From positions 330,001 through 362,000 of the forward strand of contig CP010514.1 in NCBI GenBank assembly GCA_001552015.1: a DNA stretch of 32,000 nucleotides. Direction: 5' to 3'. A model generated the notes under the pieces. It saw only the letters and a program-made list of their open reading frames with translations, was not told where the DNA came from and did no database searches. This document shows, piece after piece, positions 8,676-18,546 of the stretch (position 1 is its first letter; every line of letters starts with the position of its first letter). Source of the DNA: Candidatus Nanopusillus acidilobi. Its GTDB lineage: Archaea; Nanobdellota; Nanobdellia; Nanobdellales; Nanobdellaceae. The translations under genes were made by a program, and so were the position numbers.

Positions 8676-9542
8676 ATGTCAATATTTAAATATATGGTTA
8701 GTATATTTGATCAATTTTTTAGTGGTATAGAAAGGGATCTATTAATAATTAATTCTAAAGAAGATCCTTCTAAGTATATATATAAAGCTAAAATGTATTC
8801 AATAGGAATATCAATATCTGTATCAATATTAACATTCTTTTCCCTTTTAATGTATAATATAAAAGTATATGGATCTTTTAATCCAACTTTTCCAATAATA
8901 TTTGGAATACTTACTGGTATCGTAGGATTTTTTGGATCTTTATTTTTATTTAAAAAATATCCTTCAATAGAAAAACAAAATAGAGCTAAAAAAATAGATA
9001 ATTCTTTATATTATGCCGTATTATATATGGCTTCTTTAGTTTCTTCTGGTGCAACCCCAAAAGCATTATTCGAATTATTATCAAAATATAGCGAATTTTC
9101 AGAAATAAAAAAAGAAGCATCTGAAATAATATACTTAATAGATACTGTAGGGTTATCACTACCATTAGCATTAGAAAGAAAGGCGGAATATTCTCCATCA
9201 AAGAAATGGGCTTCAATATTAAATGGAATGAAATCAATAATAGTTGAGGGTGGAAATCTTGAGGAGTATTTATATAATGAAGCTGAGAAATTATTTGATG
9301 AATATAAAAGAAAAATAATAGAATATTCAAATAATATGCAAGTATTCTTAGAAATATATATAACATTAATAATTGTAGGAGTTATATTTGTAATTATATT
9401 AACTACATTGATGGGATCTATTTCTGGAACAAACTTTCAATACATAGAATTTATACAATTAATGAGTATATTAATAATATTGCCAATGGGTACAGTTATG
9501 TTTATTATATTACTAAAAGCAATTAGTCCATTTGAAACATAG
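8676..9542 (+). CDS. T2SSF-domain (FlaJ/TadC-like) platform protein, N-terminal-half type
   Basis: 288 aa: YYAVLYMASLVSSGATPKALFELLSKYSEFSEIKKEASEIIYLIDTVGLSLPLALERKAEYSPSKKWASILNGMKSIIVEGGNLEEYL, the N-terminal T2SSF pattern of archaeal FlaJ/TadC, flanked by TM helices. Confidence 0.8.
   Translation: MSIFKYMVSIFDQFFSGIERDLLIINSKEDPSKYIYKAKMYSIGISISVSILTFFSLLMYNIKVYGSFNPTFPIIFGILTGIVGFFGSLFLFKKYPSIEKQNRAKKIDNSLYYAVLYMASLVSSGATPKALFELLSKYSEFSEIKKEASEIIYLIDTVGLSLPLALERKAEYSPSKKWASILNGMKSIIVEGGNLEEYLYNEAEKLFDEYKRKIIEYSNNMQVFLEIYITLIIVGVIFVIILTTLMGSISGTNFQYIEFIQLMSILIILPMGTVMFIILLKAISPFET
8683..8690 (-). promoter_or_regulatory. TATA box of the 7402-8658 gene
   Basis: Minus strand TTTAAATA, centred about 28 nt upstream of ATG 8658. 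It lies inside the start of the divergent gene at 8676. Confidence 0.55.
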
Positions 9543-9549
9543 TATAATT

Positions 9550-10212
9550 TTATCCTGCACTAATATTAAGATTATATATATTTAGAATATTCTGAATCAG
9601 TTGATTATCATTTATTACTTTAATTTCTCCATTTTCTAACCCATTTTTAATTATATCTACAAAATTTCCATTTTGATATTCTAAATAATTCAAAATTTTT
9701 TCAGATATTGAATATGAAAGATAGATTATCAATGTATTATTTATATTATTTATATATGAAATTGGTATGTTTGTAATTCCCTTACTAGTAAATACAAAGG
9801 CTCCACAAGAGTCATTTATACATAATATAAAAGAATATTGAGGATATATAATATTTAATTTTGTATAATATAATTCATAATTTTCCATATATAGAGAATT
9901 ATTTAATAAATAATCGTCTATTTCACTAATAAATTCTACAGAAGTATTTGAATTAGTAAAATTAAGATTTTTTTGATTAAGTACACCATTTATTGACATT
10001 TTAATTATATCATAAGTTGTTAAATTTAATCCATAATACCCAATTTCAGTTTCATTATCTGAAATATTATAAACATATGGTAATTTAAGAGAATATACTG
10101 GATAAAATAAATATCTATATATTATTGAAGCTAAAATCATAAAAATTGAAAATACTATTAAAAAAATCAAAATTTTATCTCTAATAGATGACTTCCTCAA
10201 TATTCCTCTCAT
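9550..10212 (-). CDS. Membrane-anchored exported protein of unknown function
   Basis: 220 aa with one N-terminal TM (KILIFLIVFSIFMILASIIY) then an Asn-rich predicted extracellular domain. Overlaps the ndk 3' end by 32 nt. Confidence 0.55.
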   Translation of the reverse strand: MRGILRKSSIRDKILIFLIVFSIFMILASIIYRYLFYPVYSLKLPYVYNISDNETEIGYYGLNLTTYDIIKMSINGVLNQKNLNFTNSNTSVEFISEIDDYLLNNSLYMENYELYYTKLNIIYPQYSFILCINDSCGAFVFTSKGITNIPISYINNINNTLIIYLSYSISEKILNYLEYQNGNFVDIIKNGLENGEIKVINDNQLIQNILNIYNLNISAG

Positions 10213-10774
10213 AATTATAGATTTCTTCTGGCTTAAATATTACAAATATTTCTCTTTCTGCATCTTTTTCAGTTTCTGATGCATGAACAACATTCCTTAA
10301 AACAATCTTATTCCAATTTGCATAAGCTATTGATACATGAGCATAATCGCCTCTAATAGTACCTGGTGGAGCTTTTAAAGGTTCTGTTGGTCCAACTAAT
10401 TTTCTAACTTCTTCTACACAATTAACACCTTCTAATACCATAGCAACTACTGGACCTGATGTTATAAAATCTATTAGCCATCCTCTTATTATACTTCCAA
10501 TTTTCTTTGGATCATCAGTTCCAAATTCTTTTACAGGATCCAATCCCATCTCTTTATATCTTGTTATTGTCTTATTTCCAACACTTTCCAACCATTTTTC
10601 ATCTGCATAATAAAATTTTTCTGCTTGTTCTTTTGTTAATTTTATCATTTTTAATCCTATAATTTTTAAACCTGCTTTCTCAAATCTAGATATTATTTCT
10701 CCAACAATTCCTCTTTTAACACTATCTGGTTTTAATACTACCAATGTCTTCTGTATTAAATGCTTTCCATTCAT
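10181..10774 (-). CDS. ndk: Nucleoside diphosphate kinase (archaeal form with insertion)
   Basis: TLVVLKPDSVKRGIVGEIISRFE, GPVVAMVLEG, GTIRGDY, NVVHASET (catalytic His). Insert ..WLESVGNKTITRYKEMGLDPVKEFGTDDPKKIG.. Confidence 0.95.
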   Translation of the reverse strand: MNGKHLIQKTLVVLKPDSVKRGIVGEIISRFEKAGLKIIGLKMIKLTKEQAEKFYYADEKWLESVGNKTITRYKEMGLDPVKEFGTDDPKKIGSIIRGWLIDFITSGPVVAMVLEGVNCVEEVRKLVGPTEPLKAPPGTIRGDYAHVSIAYANWNKIVLRNVVHASETEKDAEREIFVIFKPEEIYNYERNIEEVIY

Positions 10775-10950
10775 ACTTTATTATAAAATACCGTCCATTT
10801 TAGCTTTTTATTGTCTCTCTTCATTTCCCAGTTTTTAATACACTTTCTTGAACAAAAATATAAAATAGTACCATTATTTAATGCATATATAATTCCAGTA
10901 CCTGGTTCTATTTCTCTCCCACAATATGAACACTTATTCTTAACAACCAT
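10771..10950 (-). CDS. rpl24e: Ribosomal protein L24e (59 aa, absent from supplied ORF track)
   Basis: Manual translation MVVKNKCSYCGREIEPGTGIIYALNNGTILYFCSRKCIKNWEMKRDNKKLKWTVFYNKV*; CxxC...CxxxC zinc pattern, PGTG and KLKWT typical of L24e. 4-nt ATGA overlap with ndk. Confidence 0.93.
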   Translation of the reverse strand: MVVKNKCSYCGREIEPGTGIIYALNNGTILYFCSRKCIKNWEMKRDNKKLKWTVFYNKV

Positions 10951-10952
10951 TT

Positions 10953-11246
10953 TTAATCTTTCTTTTCAATTGGCATAGCCGATATTTCTGTTTCCCTTAA
11001 TAATATTATATCCCCCTTTCTAACAGGTCCTATTACATTCCTTCTAAGAATTTTTCCGGAATCTGGACCATCAAGTATTCTTACAATAACATGCGTAGCT
11101 TCACCCCTCATACCAGTTCTTCCAACGACATCTAATACTTCTGCCTTGTATCCCTTAGTCCATGTTACAATATTTTCTTTTACAACATTTTCTTCAGCAT
11201 TTCTTATACCTTCTTCACCTGTTTTTGATACAACTTTTCTAGGCAT
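10953..11246 (-). CDS. rps28e: Ribosomal protein S28e
   Basis: [53 protein letters not shown]; directly upstream of L24e and ndk. Confidence 0.93.
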   Translation of the reverse strand: MPRKVVSKTGEEGIRNAEENVVKENIVTWTKGYKAEVLDVVGRTGMRGEATHVIVRILDGPDSGKILRRNVIGPVRKGDIILLRETEISAMPIEKKD

Positions 11247-11270
11247 ACTGTAAGTAATTGTAAAATAATT

Positions 11271-11276
11271 TTTAAA
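11271..11276. promoter_or_regulatory. Palindromic TTTAAA core that may serve as a shared bidirectional promoter
   Basis: TTTAAA centred at 11273.5 lies about 27 nt from the rps28e ATG (11246) and about 26 nt from the aglB ATG (11299). Confidence 0.5.
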
Positions 11277-11298
11277 TCTTTTATTAAAATATCTAAAA

Positions 11299-14200
11299 AT
11301 GACATCTGAAAATTCTAATTTAAATAATAATAAACAAGAAACAAAAGTTAATAGATTAAGAAAAATATTCTCATGGAATATACTAATAGATGTATTATTA
11401 ATTATATTTATATTCTTATTTACTTTGGGATCAAAAGGTTTATTACTTAATTTCTTAGGAAATTATTCTTTAGTAGGACCTGATGCATACTTAATGTTTA
11501 AATATTTTGAATCTTTAGTATTTAATCATACAGTAAATAGTTTTACATATAATTTAAATTATCCATTACCATTTTATTTATACAATAAAGATCTTGTATC
11601 ATATTTAGCATTTTTATCTTATTTGATGTTCCAAAACTTTGGTAATCAAATTATTGCATTATTAAATATTTTACAAATACATCCAGCATCAAATATTATT
11701 TTATGGTTAGCAGCAGACTTTACAAATGTATATGTTCCTGCAATTGCTTCAATTATATTTTATTTTTTAGCAAGGAATATATTCAAAGATAAATATTTAG
11801 CACTTTTTTCTTCTATGATTTTTGCTATAAATCCATTTTTGACAACAAGACTAATTTTATTTGATACTGAATTAGGAGCAATTATTTTCCTAGTATTATC
11901 TTTCTACCTTATAATTAAATACTTTAATGCAAAACCTGAGAATAATAAATACAAAAAATTATTCTTAATTCTTTATTCAATTATTAGCTTAATAATATTT
12001 TATAAAACATCTTTATTACCAAATCCAGATGTATATTTAACAATTGAATTATTTGTATTCTTCTTTATATTATTATTATTATATCCAGTATTCAAAGGAT
12101 CAAGAGCTTATTATTTAACATTATTAATATTTACTACTGCATTAACTAGAAAAGGATGGGGTGGATGGATAATAATACCAATTGTATTTGGTTTAACATT
12201 ATTAATTAGATATTTCTATGATAGAGATTATAAAGATATATATTTCTATTTACCATATATTGGATTTACTGGAATATTAGATAATTTATTAACACCTGGG
12301 GTTTTAGGAATTGGTTTATTTTTAAGTTATCACAATCTATTTTTAGAACTTTCAATGATTTTGATATTTTTATATGAAATATTAAAAGATAATAAAATAC
12401 TGGAAAAAATTACTGAAAGTAAAACATATCTGCTAATATTATCTATTTTGTCTGGATTAATCCCAGGAATACCTATATTCATTATAAATAAATATACTAA
12501 AGATAATAAATTACTAAAGAAATATACAATATTTCTAATAATCCTTATTATATCCTTACCATTTTTAATTGATAAATTAATTATATCTTTCTTATATAAT
12601 CCATTTACATATGCAAGAATGGGTTCTACAATTGCAGAATTTCAACCAACTACTGCAGGATATTATTTTGGTTTATTTGGACCAATTGGTTTAATATTAA
12701 CTTATTTGGGTCTTGGATATCTAATATTTGATAAAAATAAGTCTAAAAATCTTTTAATATCTGAATTTTTGTTTATATTTATATTAACTATATCGGAATT
12801 TCTTATTGGCCCATCTATATATCTTTTAACATTTTATCTATTAATTTATTCTATATTTATAATATCATATAATAAAGAAAGTAATATATATGATATTATA
12901 AAGACAATATTTGAAACATTTACATTATCAATTGCCATTCAATTTGTAATATTTTCAGATTTAGTAATTAATGGAATATATATAAGTATATTTATATCTT
13001 GGGTTACTTTTCTCATTTTAGCAGTCTATATTTCATTATTTAATAGAAATCTAAATGATGGAGAAATATTTGTATTATCATTATCATTTATAGCACTTAT
13101 TGTAGGAAAATATATATATGAATTAGTTTATTATAATGGTTTGGCTCTCCCATTATTATATATATTTGGTATAGAAATATTCAATTTATTTAAAGATGAA
13201 TTTTCCAAATTAAAGAATATTATAAAAGAAAATTTAATATTAATATTATTATTAATTTCATCTATTTCAGGAATATCTCTATTTATATCAACAAACATAT
13301 TCTTATTCTTAATTCCACTGATATTTTTAGCAATATATATTTTATATGAATATATATTAGATAAGAATTTGGACCTATTTAATTTATTTAAATATAGTTT
13401 AATTTTATTTACAATATTTGGTCCTTTATTTTCTATAAGCAATAAAATCTATGGATATCCTGGATATATAGCAAACTATTTTTCAAGTGCTGGTCAATAT
13501 GGAACTCCAGATTATGAAATAAATACTTTCTTATGGATAAGTCAAAATACTCCACAAAATTCTATTATAAATTCTTGGTGGGATTATGGATATTATATTT
13601 ATGTATTGGGAAATAGAACTGCATGGATAAATGGTGCAAATGCATATCCATATTGGAATCATTTAATGGGTAGATATGGTTTATCTTCAGATAATATAAC
13701 ACAAACATTACAATTATTCTATGTACATGCAGATTATAATTATCAAACATTTAAAACATTGGAATTATTCAATGAAAATTCAATATTCTATAATTATTTA
13801 TATAAATATTTGGGATTTAATGAAAGTGAAGTAAATGAAATTGAAGAATTAAAAGATTCCTTAGGATATAAAAATTGGATAAATCTATTATATCAATTTA
13901 ATGGATCTCCAGAATCAATTTCATCATATAACTTATCTCAACAAGATATAGAACTATTAGAAAAATTGTATAATATGAATTATTTGAAACCAGCATATTT
14001 ATATATAGATCCTACAGATATAGGAAAATCCTTTGCTTTCCAATTTTTAGGATCAAATGAAAGTTATGATAAAGAATCATGGATATCTCAATTTGCATCT
14101 GGAACAACAGAAAATCCGGGACCAACAATACCTTCAGTATATTATGATGGATATTATATATTTGCAACAAATAATAGTTTATTCTACTTTGGTCAAGAAC

Positions 14201-14877
14201 CATTGGATCAAGATTTGAATATTAATGGAACTATAATAAATAGATGCATATATGTACAGAACCAGGGTATAATTAACCAAAATAGTTGTGGAATAATAAC
14301 TGGAGTCCAATTATTATTTAATCAATCTATAGTAGAAAGATCTGGAATATATCAGACATTAAATATAGATAATATTAATCCAGATAATTTAATAGGGGCA
14401 TATGTATATATTTATTATCCATTAAATAATCAACAATATTCACTTTCATTAAAATATATAGATATTGATGGACAATTGATTACATTTAATAATTCTCAAT
14501 ATGATGGATTATTATATATAACCCCAGATTACTCATTATTACAGCAAAATAATCCATTAGGATTGTTCTTATATGCATATTTTATATCACAAAAAGCTAC
14601 CCAATATGATTGGGTACAATTATATTTCTTAAACAATGATTATAATGGAACATTTAATCCTGTATTTTATTCAAATGAATTATATAGCCTTCCTTCAATA
14701 ATATATTATGATATTCCTCCAGCAAAAGTATGGAAAATTAATTTCCCAGAGAACTTCACAGTTCCAGATTATTTATATTGTATCTATCTAGCAACAAATA
14801 TTCAACAAATAAATGAATGTGGAAAAATATATAATTTAGCCTATTATGAAAATATGAAAAATTATTATGATGTATGA
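11299..14877 (+). CDS. aglB: Oligosaccharyltransferase STT3/AglB
   Basis: 1192 aa multi-TM protein with hallmark [27 protein letters not shown] (WWDYG) followed by a soluble C-terminal domain. Confidence 0.93.
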   Translation: MTSENSNLNNNKQETKVNRLRKIFSWNILIDVLLIIFIFLFTLGSKGLLLNFLGNYSLVGPDAYLMFKYFESLVFNHTVNSFTYNLNYPLPFYLYNKDLVSYLAFLSYLMFQNFGNQIIALLNILQIHPASNIILWLAADFTNVYVPAIASIIFYFLARNIFKDKYLALFSSMIFAINPFLTTRLILFDTELGAIIFLVLSFYLIIKYFNAKPENNKYKKLFLILYSIISLIIFYKTSLLPNPDVYLTIELFVFFFILLLLYPVFKGSRAYYLTLLIFTTALTRKGWGGWIIIPIVFGLTLLIRYFYDRDYKDIYFYLPYIGFTGILDNLLTPGVLGIGLFLSYHNLFLELSMILIFLYEILKDNKILEKITESKTYLLILSILSGLIPGIPIFIINKYTKDNKLLKKYTIFLIILIISLPFLIDKLIISFLYNPFTYARMGSTIAEFQPTTAGYYFGLFGPIGLILTYLGLGYLIFDKNKSKNLLISEFLFIFILTISEFLIGPSIYLLTFYLLIYSIFIISYNKESNIYDIIKTIFETFTLSIAIQFVIFSDLVINGIYISIFISWVTFLILAVYISLFNRNLNDGEIFVLSLSFIALIVGKYIYELVYYNGLALPLLYIFGIEIFNLFKDEFSKLKNIIKENLILILLLISSISGISLFISTNIFLFLIPLIFLAIYILYEYILDKNLDLFNLFKYSLILFTIFGPLFSISNKIYGYPGYIANYFSSAGQYGTPDYEINTFLWISQNTPQNSIINSWWDYGYYIYVLGNRTAWINGANAYPYWNHLMGRYGLSSDNITQTLQLFYVHADYNYQTFKTLELFNENSIFYNYLYKYLGFNESEVNEIEELKDSLGYKNWINLLYQFNGSPESISSYNLSQQDIELLEKLYNMNYLKPAYLYIDPTDIGKSFAFQFLGSNESYDKESWISQFASGTTENPGPTIPSVYYDGYYIFATNNSLFYFGQEPLDQDLNINGTIINRCIYVQNQGIINQNSCGIITGVQLLFNQSIVERSGIYQTLNIDNINPDNLIGAYVYIYYPLNNQQYSLSLKYIDIDGQLITFNNSQYDGLLYITPDYSLLQQNNPLGLFLYAYFISQKATQYDWVQLYFLNNDYNGTFNPVFYSNELYSLPSIIYYDIPPAKVWKINFPENFTVPDYLYCIYLATNIQQINECGKIYNLAYYENMKNYYDV

Positions 14878-15877
14878 AGAAATTTTAATTGCTGTATTAC
14901 CACTAATATTGTCTTTTTTTGTTTCATATTATTTAATAAAAAAATGGATACCAATTGCTCATAAAGAAGGATATATAGGAAAAGATATGAATAAGTATAA
15001 TAAACCTGAAGTAGCAGAAATTGGTGGTTTATATGCAATAATTGGTACAATATTTGGAATATTATTATATATTGGATTAAAAGTATATATATTAGGAACT
15101 ACAGAAGATTTAGTAGAAGTATTTTCAATATTAACATTATTATCATTAACTACAATATTAGGATTATTTGACGATATATTAGGATGGAAAAAAGGATTGA
15201 AACCTTTACATAGAGTAATTCTATCATTTATATTAGCACTACCATTAATGATAATATCTGCAGGTAATTCATATATTAATTTACCATTTGTAGGAGAAGT
15301 AAATTTTGGAATATTATATCCACTATTAATAGTACCAATTGCAATAATGGGTACATCAAATGCATTTAATATGCTTGCTGGATATAATGGTTTGGAAGGA
15401 TCTATGGGTATTTTACTAATTGGTGCAATAGGATTAGAGTCATATTTAATTGGTAATTATTATTTAGCAGAAATATCATTAATAACAATATTTTCAATAA
15501 TAGCATTTCTAATATTTAACTGGTATCCAGCAAAAGTATTTCCTGGAAATGCATTTACATATGGTATTGGATCTCTATTTGGTGCAATAGTAATATTAGG
15601 AAACCTTGAAAAATTTGGACTAATTTTGTTTACATTATATTTCTTGGAATTGATATTATTTATAAGAGGACTATTAAATCATATATACAAAGAAAACTTT
15701 GGAATACCTGATGAAAATAATAATCTAAAAGAACCATATGATAAAACATATAGTGTTACTCATCTTGCAATTAAAATAAATAGAAAGATATTTAAGAAAG
15801 CAACAGAGAAAATGGTGGTATATACAATAATTTTACTACAAATAATAATAACAATAATAGCTTTTATATATGGATAA
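14867..15877 (+). CDS. UDP-GlcNAc:polyprenyl-phosphate GlcNAc-1-P transferase family (Alg7/GPT, glycosyltransferase family 4)
   Basis: 336 aa multi-TM; GLFDDILGWKKGLKP, NAFNMLAGYNGLEGSMG, NWYPAKVFPGNAFTYGIG. Confidence 0.9.
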   Translation: MMYEEILIAVLPLILSFFVSYYLIKKWIPIAHKEGYIGKDMNKYNKPEVAEIGGLYAIIGTIFGILLYIGLKVYILGTTEDLVEVFSILTLLSLTTILGLFDDILGWKKGLKPLHRVILSFILALPLMIISAGNSYINLPFVGEVNFGILYPLLIVPIAIMGTSNAFNMLAGYNGLEGSMGILLIGAIGLESYLIGNYYLAEISLITIFSIIAFLIFNWYPAKVFPGNAFTYGIGSLFGAIVILGNLEKFGLILFTLYFLELILFIRGLLNHIYKENFGIPDENNNLKEPYDKTYSVTHLAIKINRKIFKKATEKMVVYTIILLQIIITIIAFIYG

Positions 15878-17660
15878 CTTAATCTATATCTTTTTTAATA
15901 AAGATACAAGAAAATTAATTTACAATATTAAAATATTATATAATTTCTGCCAAAAAAATAATTTAAATCTAATTTGTATAACTTATAAGAAATATAAAGA
16001 TATAGCATTAAAAATAAAAGAAAATTATAATTTAACATTTTATCTATTAGAAAATAAAAAAGAAATTAGAAAATTAAAAATTGAAGGAAATAATATAATA
16101 ATATACAATAATATAAATAAAAATATATATGATATATATAGAAAAAGAAAATTTATAGATAATCTTATTGGTTTAATAAGAGAGAATTTCCTAATTTTCA
16201 ATTTAATAAACCCATATATAATATTTGGAAAAAACATTAGAATATATGAAAATTTTTTATTAACATATTTAGGAAATAAAAAATTCTATATAGATGAAAG
16301 ATATAAAATTAACAAATTTTTCTTAGAAGAATTATTTATTAATTTAATAATATATTATGATAAAATAATTAAGACTTTTAATAAAATATTGAATCTAAAA
16401 TATTTCAAAGATTATATACATGAAAAAATAGGATTAATAACATATAAAGCTATCACTTTTTTATTATTAGTAATTTTAGCTAGAATATTAACAGATACAT
16501 TCTATGGAGCATATGTATCAATATATAATTTTTTAGGATTGATTGCTGGAATAATAGGATCCTCAAATATAATATTAACAAAATATTTATCCGAATATAA
16601 AGATAATAAATATATTAAAATTGATATATATCTAAAAATTATTTTTTCATTATTTATCCTTCTAATTATTTTCATATTTCCAAATTATTTCTTATCTACA
16701 ACTTTCTATGGATATAATTTTATAGATGTTTTAATCATATACATAACTGCAATATTATTATCTTTAATCGGAGTTTATTTTTCTATATTTTATTCGCAAT
16801 TAAATATAGAATCTGCTAAAAATCTATACATATTAGAAGCTTTACTTAAATTTATTTTCATAGTTTCTTTAACAATCATAATAAGGAATACTGGTTTTAT
16901 ATTTGGTTTATTTTTAACCTATTTTATTTTAAGTTTTGTTTATCTTTATAAATTAAAGAAAAATAAAATTAATTTTGTATCAATATTAAAAGAAAAAATT
17001 AATTTTAATGATTTTAAAAAATATCTAAAATCTACCATACTTATTAGTCTGCCAGTAACTTTACTAGGTTTATATTCTTCAATAGATATACAAATATTAA
17101 GAACATTTACAAGCTATAATATAGTTGGAGAATTTTATTCTGCATTAGTAATTGTCTATACATTATCTGGAATATTCACTATAGGTAATATAACATTACC
17201 AAGAATATTAAGATGGGAAAAAGAAAAAGTTATTAGAAACATAAATAGATTAATATTAATACAATTTCTAATTAACATTATATTAACTGGATTAATAATA
17301 TTAATTGGTCCTTATATAATACTAATTATATTTGGAAAAAATTATCAATTATCAGCAAATATAATAAAATATCTTTCCATTATTTTAATAATAAATTCTT
17401 TGAATGTATATAACTTAATATTATATAGAAGGGATATGGAAAAATATTATCCAATATATGCAATAACAACTGCTCTACTTTCAATAATTACAGATATTAT
17501 ATTGATATCAAAATTTAAATTATCTGGAGCAATTGCTTCAGCAATATTAGCAAATACATATATTGGACTAATAAGTTATATTATATATGAAACAAAATTC
17601 AATAATATCCCTTCCAGATCTATTTTTAGATATAATTACAAAGAAAATAGATATAAATAA
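15870..17660 (+). CDS. Polysaccharide/lipid-linked oligosaccharide flippase-like (MATE/MviN/Wzx-type) with an extra ~180-aa N-terminal domain
   Basis: 596 aa. The C-terminal part has ~12 predicted TM helices (..ARILTDTFYGAYVSIYNFLGLIAGIIGSSNIILTKYLSEY..; ..LPVTLLGLYSSIDIQILRTFTSYNIVGEFYSA..). The N-terminal part is soluble-looking, with no match I recognise. Confidence 0.75.
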   Translation: MDNLIYIFFNKDTRKLIYNIKILYNFCQKNNLNLICITYKKYKDIALKIKENYNLTFYLLENKKEIRKLKIEGNNIIIYNNINKNIYDIYRKRKFIDNLIGLIRENFLIFNLINPYIIFGKNIRIYENFLLTYLGNKKFYIDERYKINKFFLEELFINLIIYYDKIIKTFNKILNLKYFKDYIHEKIGLITYKAITFLLLVILARILTDTFYGAYVSIYNFLGLIAGIIGSSNIILTKYLSEYKDNKYIKIDIYLKIIFSLFILLIIFIFPNYFLSTTFYGYNFIDVLIIYITAILLSLIGVYFSIFYSQLNIESAKNLYILEALLKFIFIVSLTIIIRNTGFIFGLFLTYFILSFVYLYKLKKNKINFVSILKEKINFNDFKKYLKSTILISLPVTLLGLYSSIDIQILRTFTSYNIVGEFYSALVIVYTLSGIFTIGNITLPRILRWEKEKVIRNINRLILIQFLINIILTGLIILIGPYIILIIFGKNYQLSANIIKYLSIILIINSLNVYNLILYRRDMEKYYPIYAITTALLSIITDIILISKFKLSGAIASAILANTYIGLISYIIYETKFNNIPSRSIFRYNYKENRYK

Positions 17661-18459
17661 AAATACCGGAAACATAAATCAGGAGATCAAATTAAAAATC
17701 GGAGGAAATGCTGCAAATTTTTCAATTGCATTAAGTAAAATTGGAATTAAAAATAAATTAATAGCCGGATGTAATGAAATTTCAGAATTAATATTTAAAC
17801 AATATATAAAAGATAAAAAATTAAAGATAAGATTTTTACCAATATATACAGATATTTCTATTACTATTAGTTTAGAAGATGATGATAGAATTATGATAAC
17901 AGATCCAAAAGGAATTCAAATTGGAATTAATGAAATTAAAAAATATGAAAAAGTATTAAAGAAAAAAGAATATATATTCTTTGGAAATTGGAATAATAAT
18001 AAAAAGTCAAATGAATTATTAAAATATATAATTAATTTAAATAGAGATGCAAAAATATATTTGGATATAGGAGATCCTTCAATAAATATTGAAAATTTAA
18101 ATGAATTAATTAAAATATTAAAAGAAAAAAGAATATGGGTTTTAAGTTTAAATGAATATGAATTAGAATATTTAGGAAATTTTCTTAAATTAGATTATGA
18201 GAATCTATTAGATTTAGCAAATAAGTTATATAAAACATTAAATGTAGAACATTTAGATATTCATTCTCCAGATTTTGTTTATTCTTTACCATCAGAAGTA
18301 TATATAAAAATTGAGAAAGTTAAACCAATAATATTAACAGGCGCAGGAGATACATGGAATGCTGGAAATTTTTATGGATATTTAAATAATCTAGATAATA
18401 AAGATAGATTACTTTTTGCAAATGAAATTGCTAAGAAATATATATTAAATGAATTTTAA
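17587..18459 (+). CDS. PfkB-family (ribokinase-like) carbohydrate kinase
   Basis: IGGNAANFSIALSKIGIKNKLIAG near the N terminus and ILTGAGDTWNAGNFYGYL (GAGD) near the C terminus. Confidence 0.88.
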   Translation: MKQNSIISLPDLFLDIITKKIDINKNTGNINQEIKLKIGGNAANFSIALSKIGIKNKLIAGCNEISELIFKQYIKDKKLKIRFLPIYTDISITISLEDDDRIMITDPKGIQIGINEIKKYEKVLKKKEYIFFGNWNNNKKSNELLKYIINLNRDAKIYLDIGDPSINIENLNELIKILKEKRIWVLSLNEYELEYLGNFLKLDYENLLDLANKLYKTLNVEHLDIHSPDFVYSLPSEVYIKIEKVKPIILTGAGDTWNAGNFYGYLNNLDNKDRLLFANEIAKKYILNEF

Positions 18460-18475
18460 TATTTTTTTAATAAAA

Positions 18476-18546
18476 CGCCCCCGCCGGGATTTGAACCCGG
18501 GTCACGGGATCGACAGTCCCGTATGCTGCCGCTACACCACGGAGGC
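18476..18546 (-). tRNA. tRNA-Asp (anticodon GUC)
   Basis: Reverse complement GCCTCCGTGGTGTAGCGGCAGCATACGGGACTGTCGATCCCGTGACCCGGGTTTGAATCCCGGCGGGGGCG; loop CTGTCGA; acceptor GCCTCCG/CGGGGGC (one G-U). Confidence 0.95.

Noticed and set aside
8656-8682. Overlapping divergent start codons (8676 and 8682) as given by the ORF track
   Set aside because: 8682 is a TTG. The ATG at 8658 has a well-placed TATA box, so the overlap is probably an annotation effect.
8986-9366. Minus-strand 126-aa ORF opposite the T2SSF gene
   Set aside because: The plus-strand gene has clear family motifs; the antisense frame is low complexity.
13131-14203. ORFs of 103, 61 and 63 aa overlapping aglB
   Set aside because: Contained in the aglB coding region, with no signature; AglB is unambiguous.
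17650-17720. Frameshift or pseudogene between the flippase and the PfkB kinase
   Set aside because: Both frames are intact with family-consistent termini, so a true overlap is more likely than an indel.
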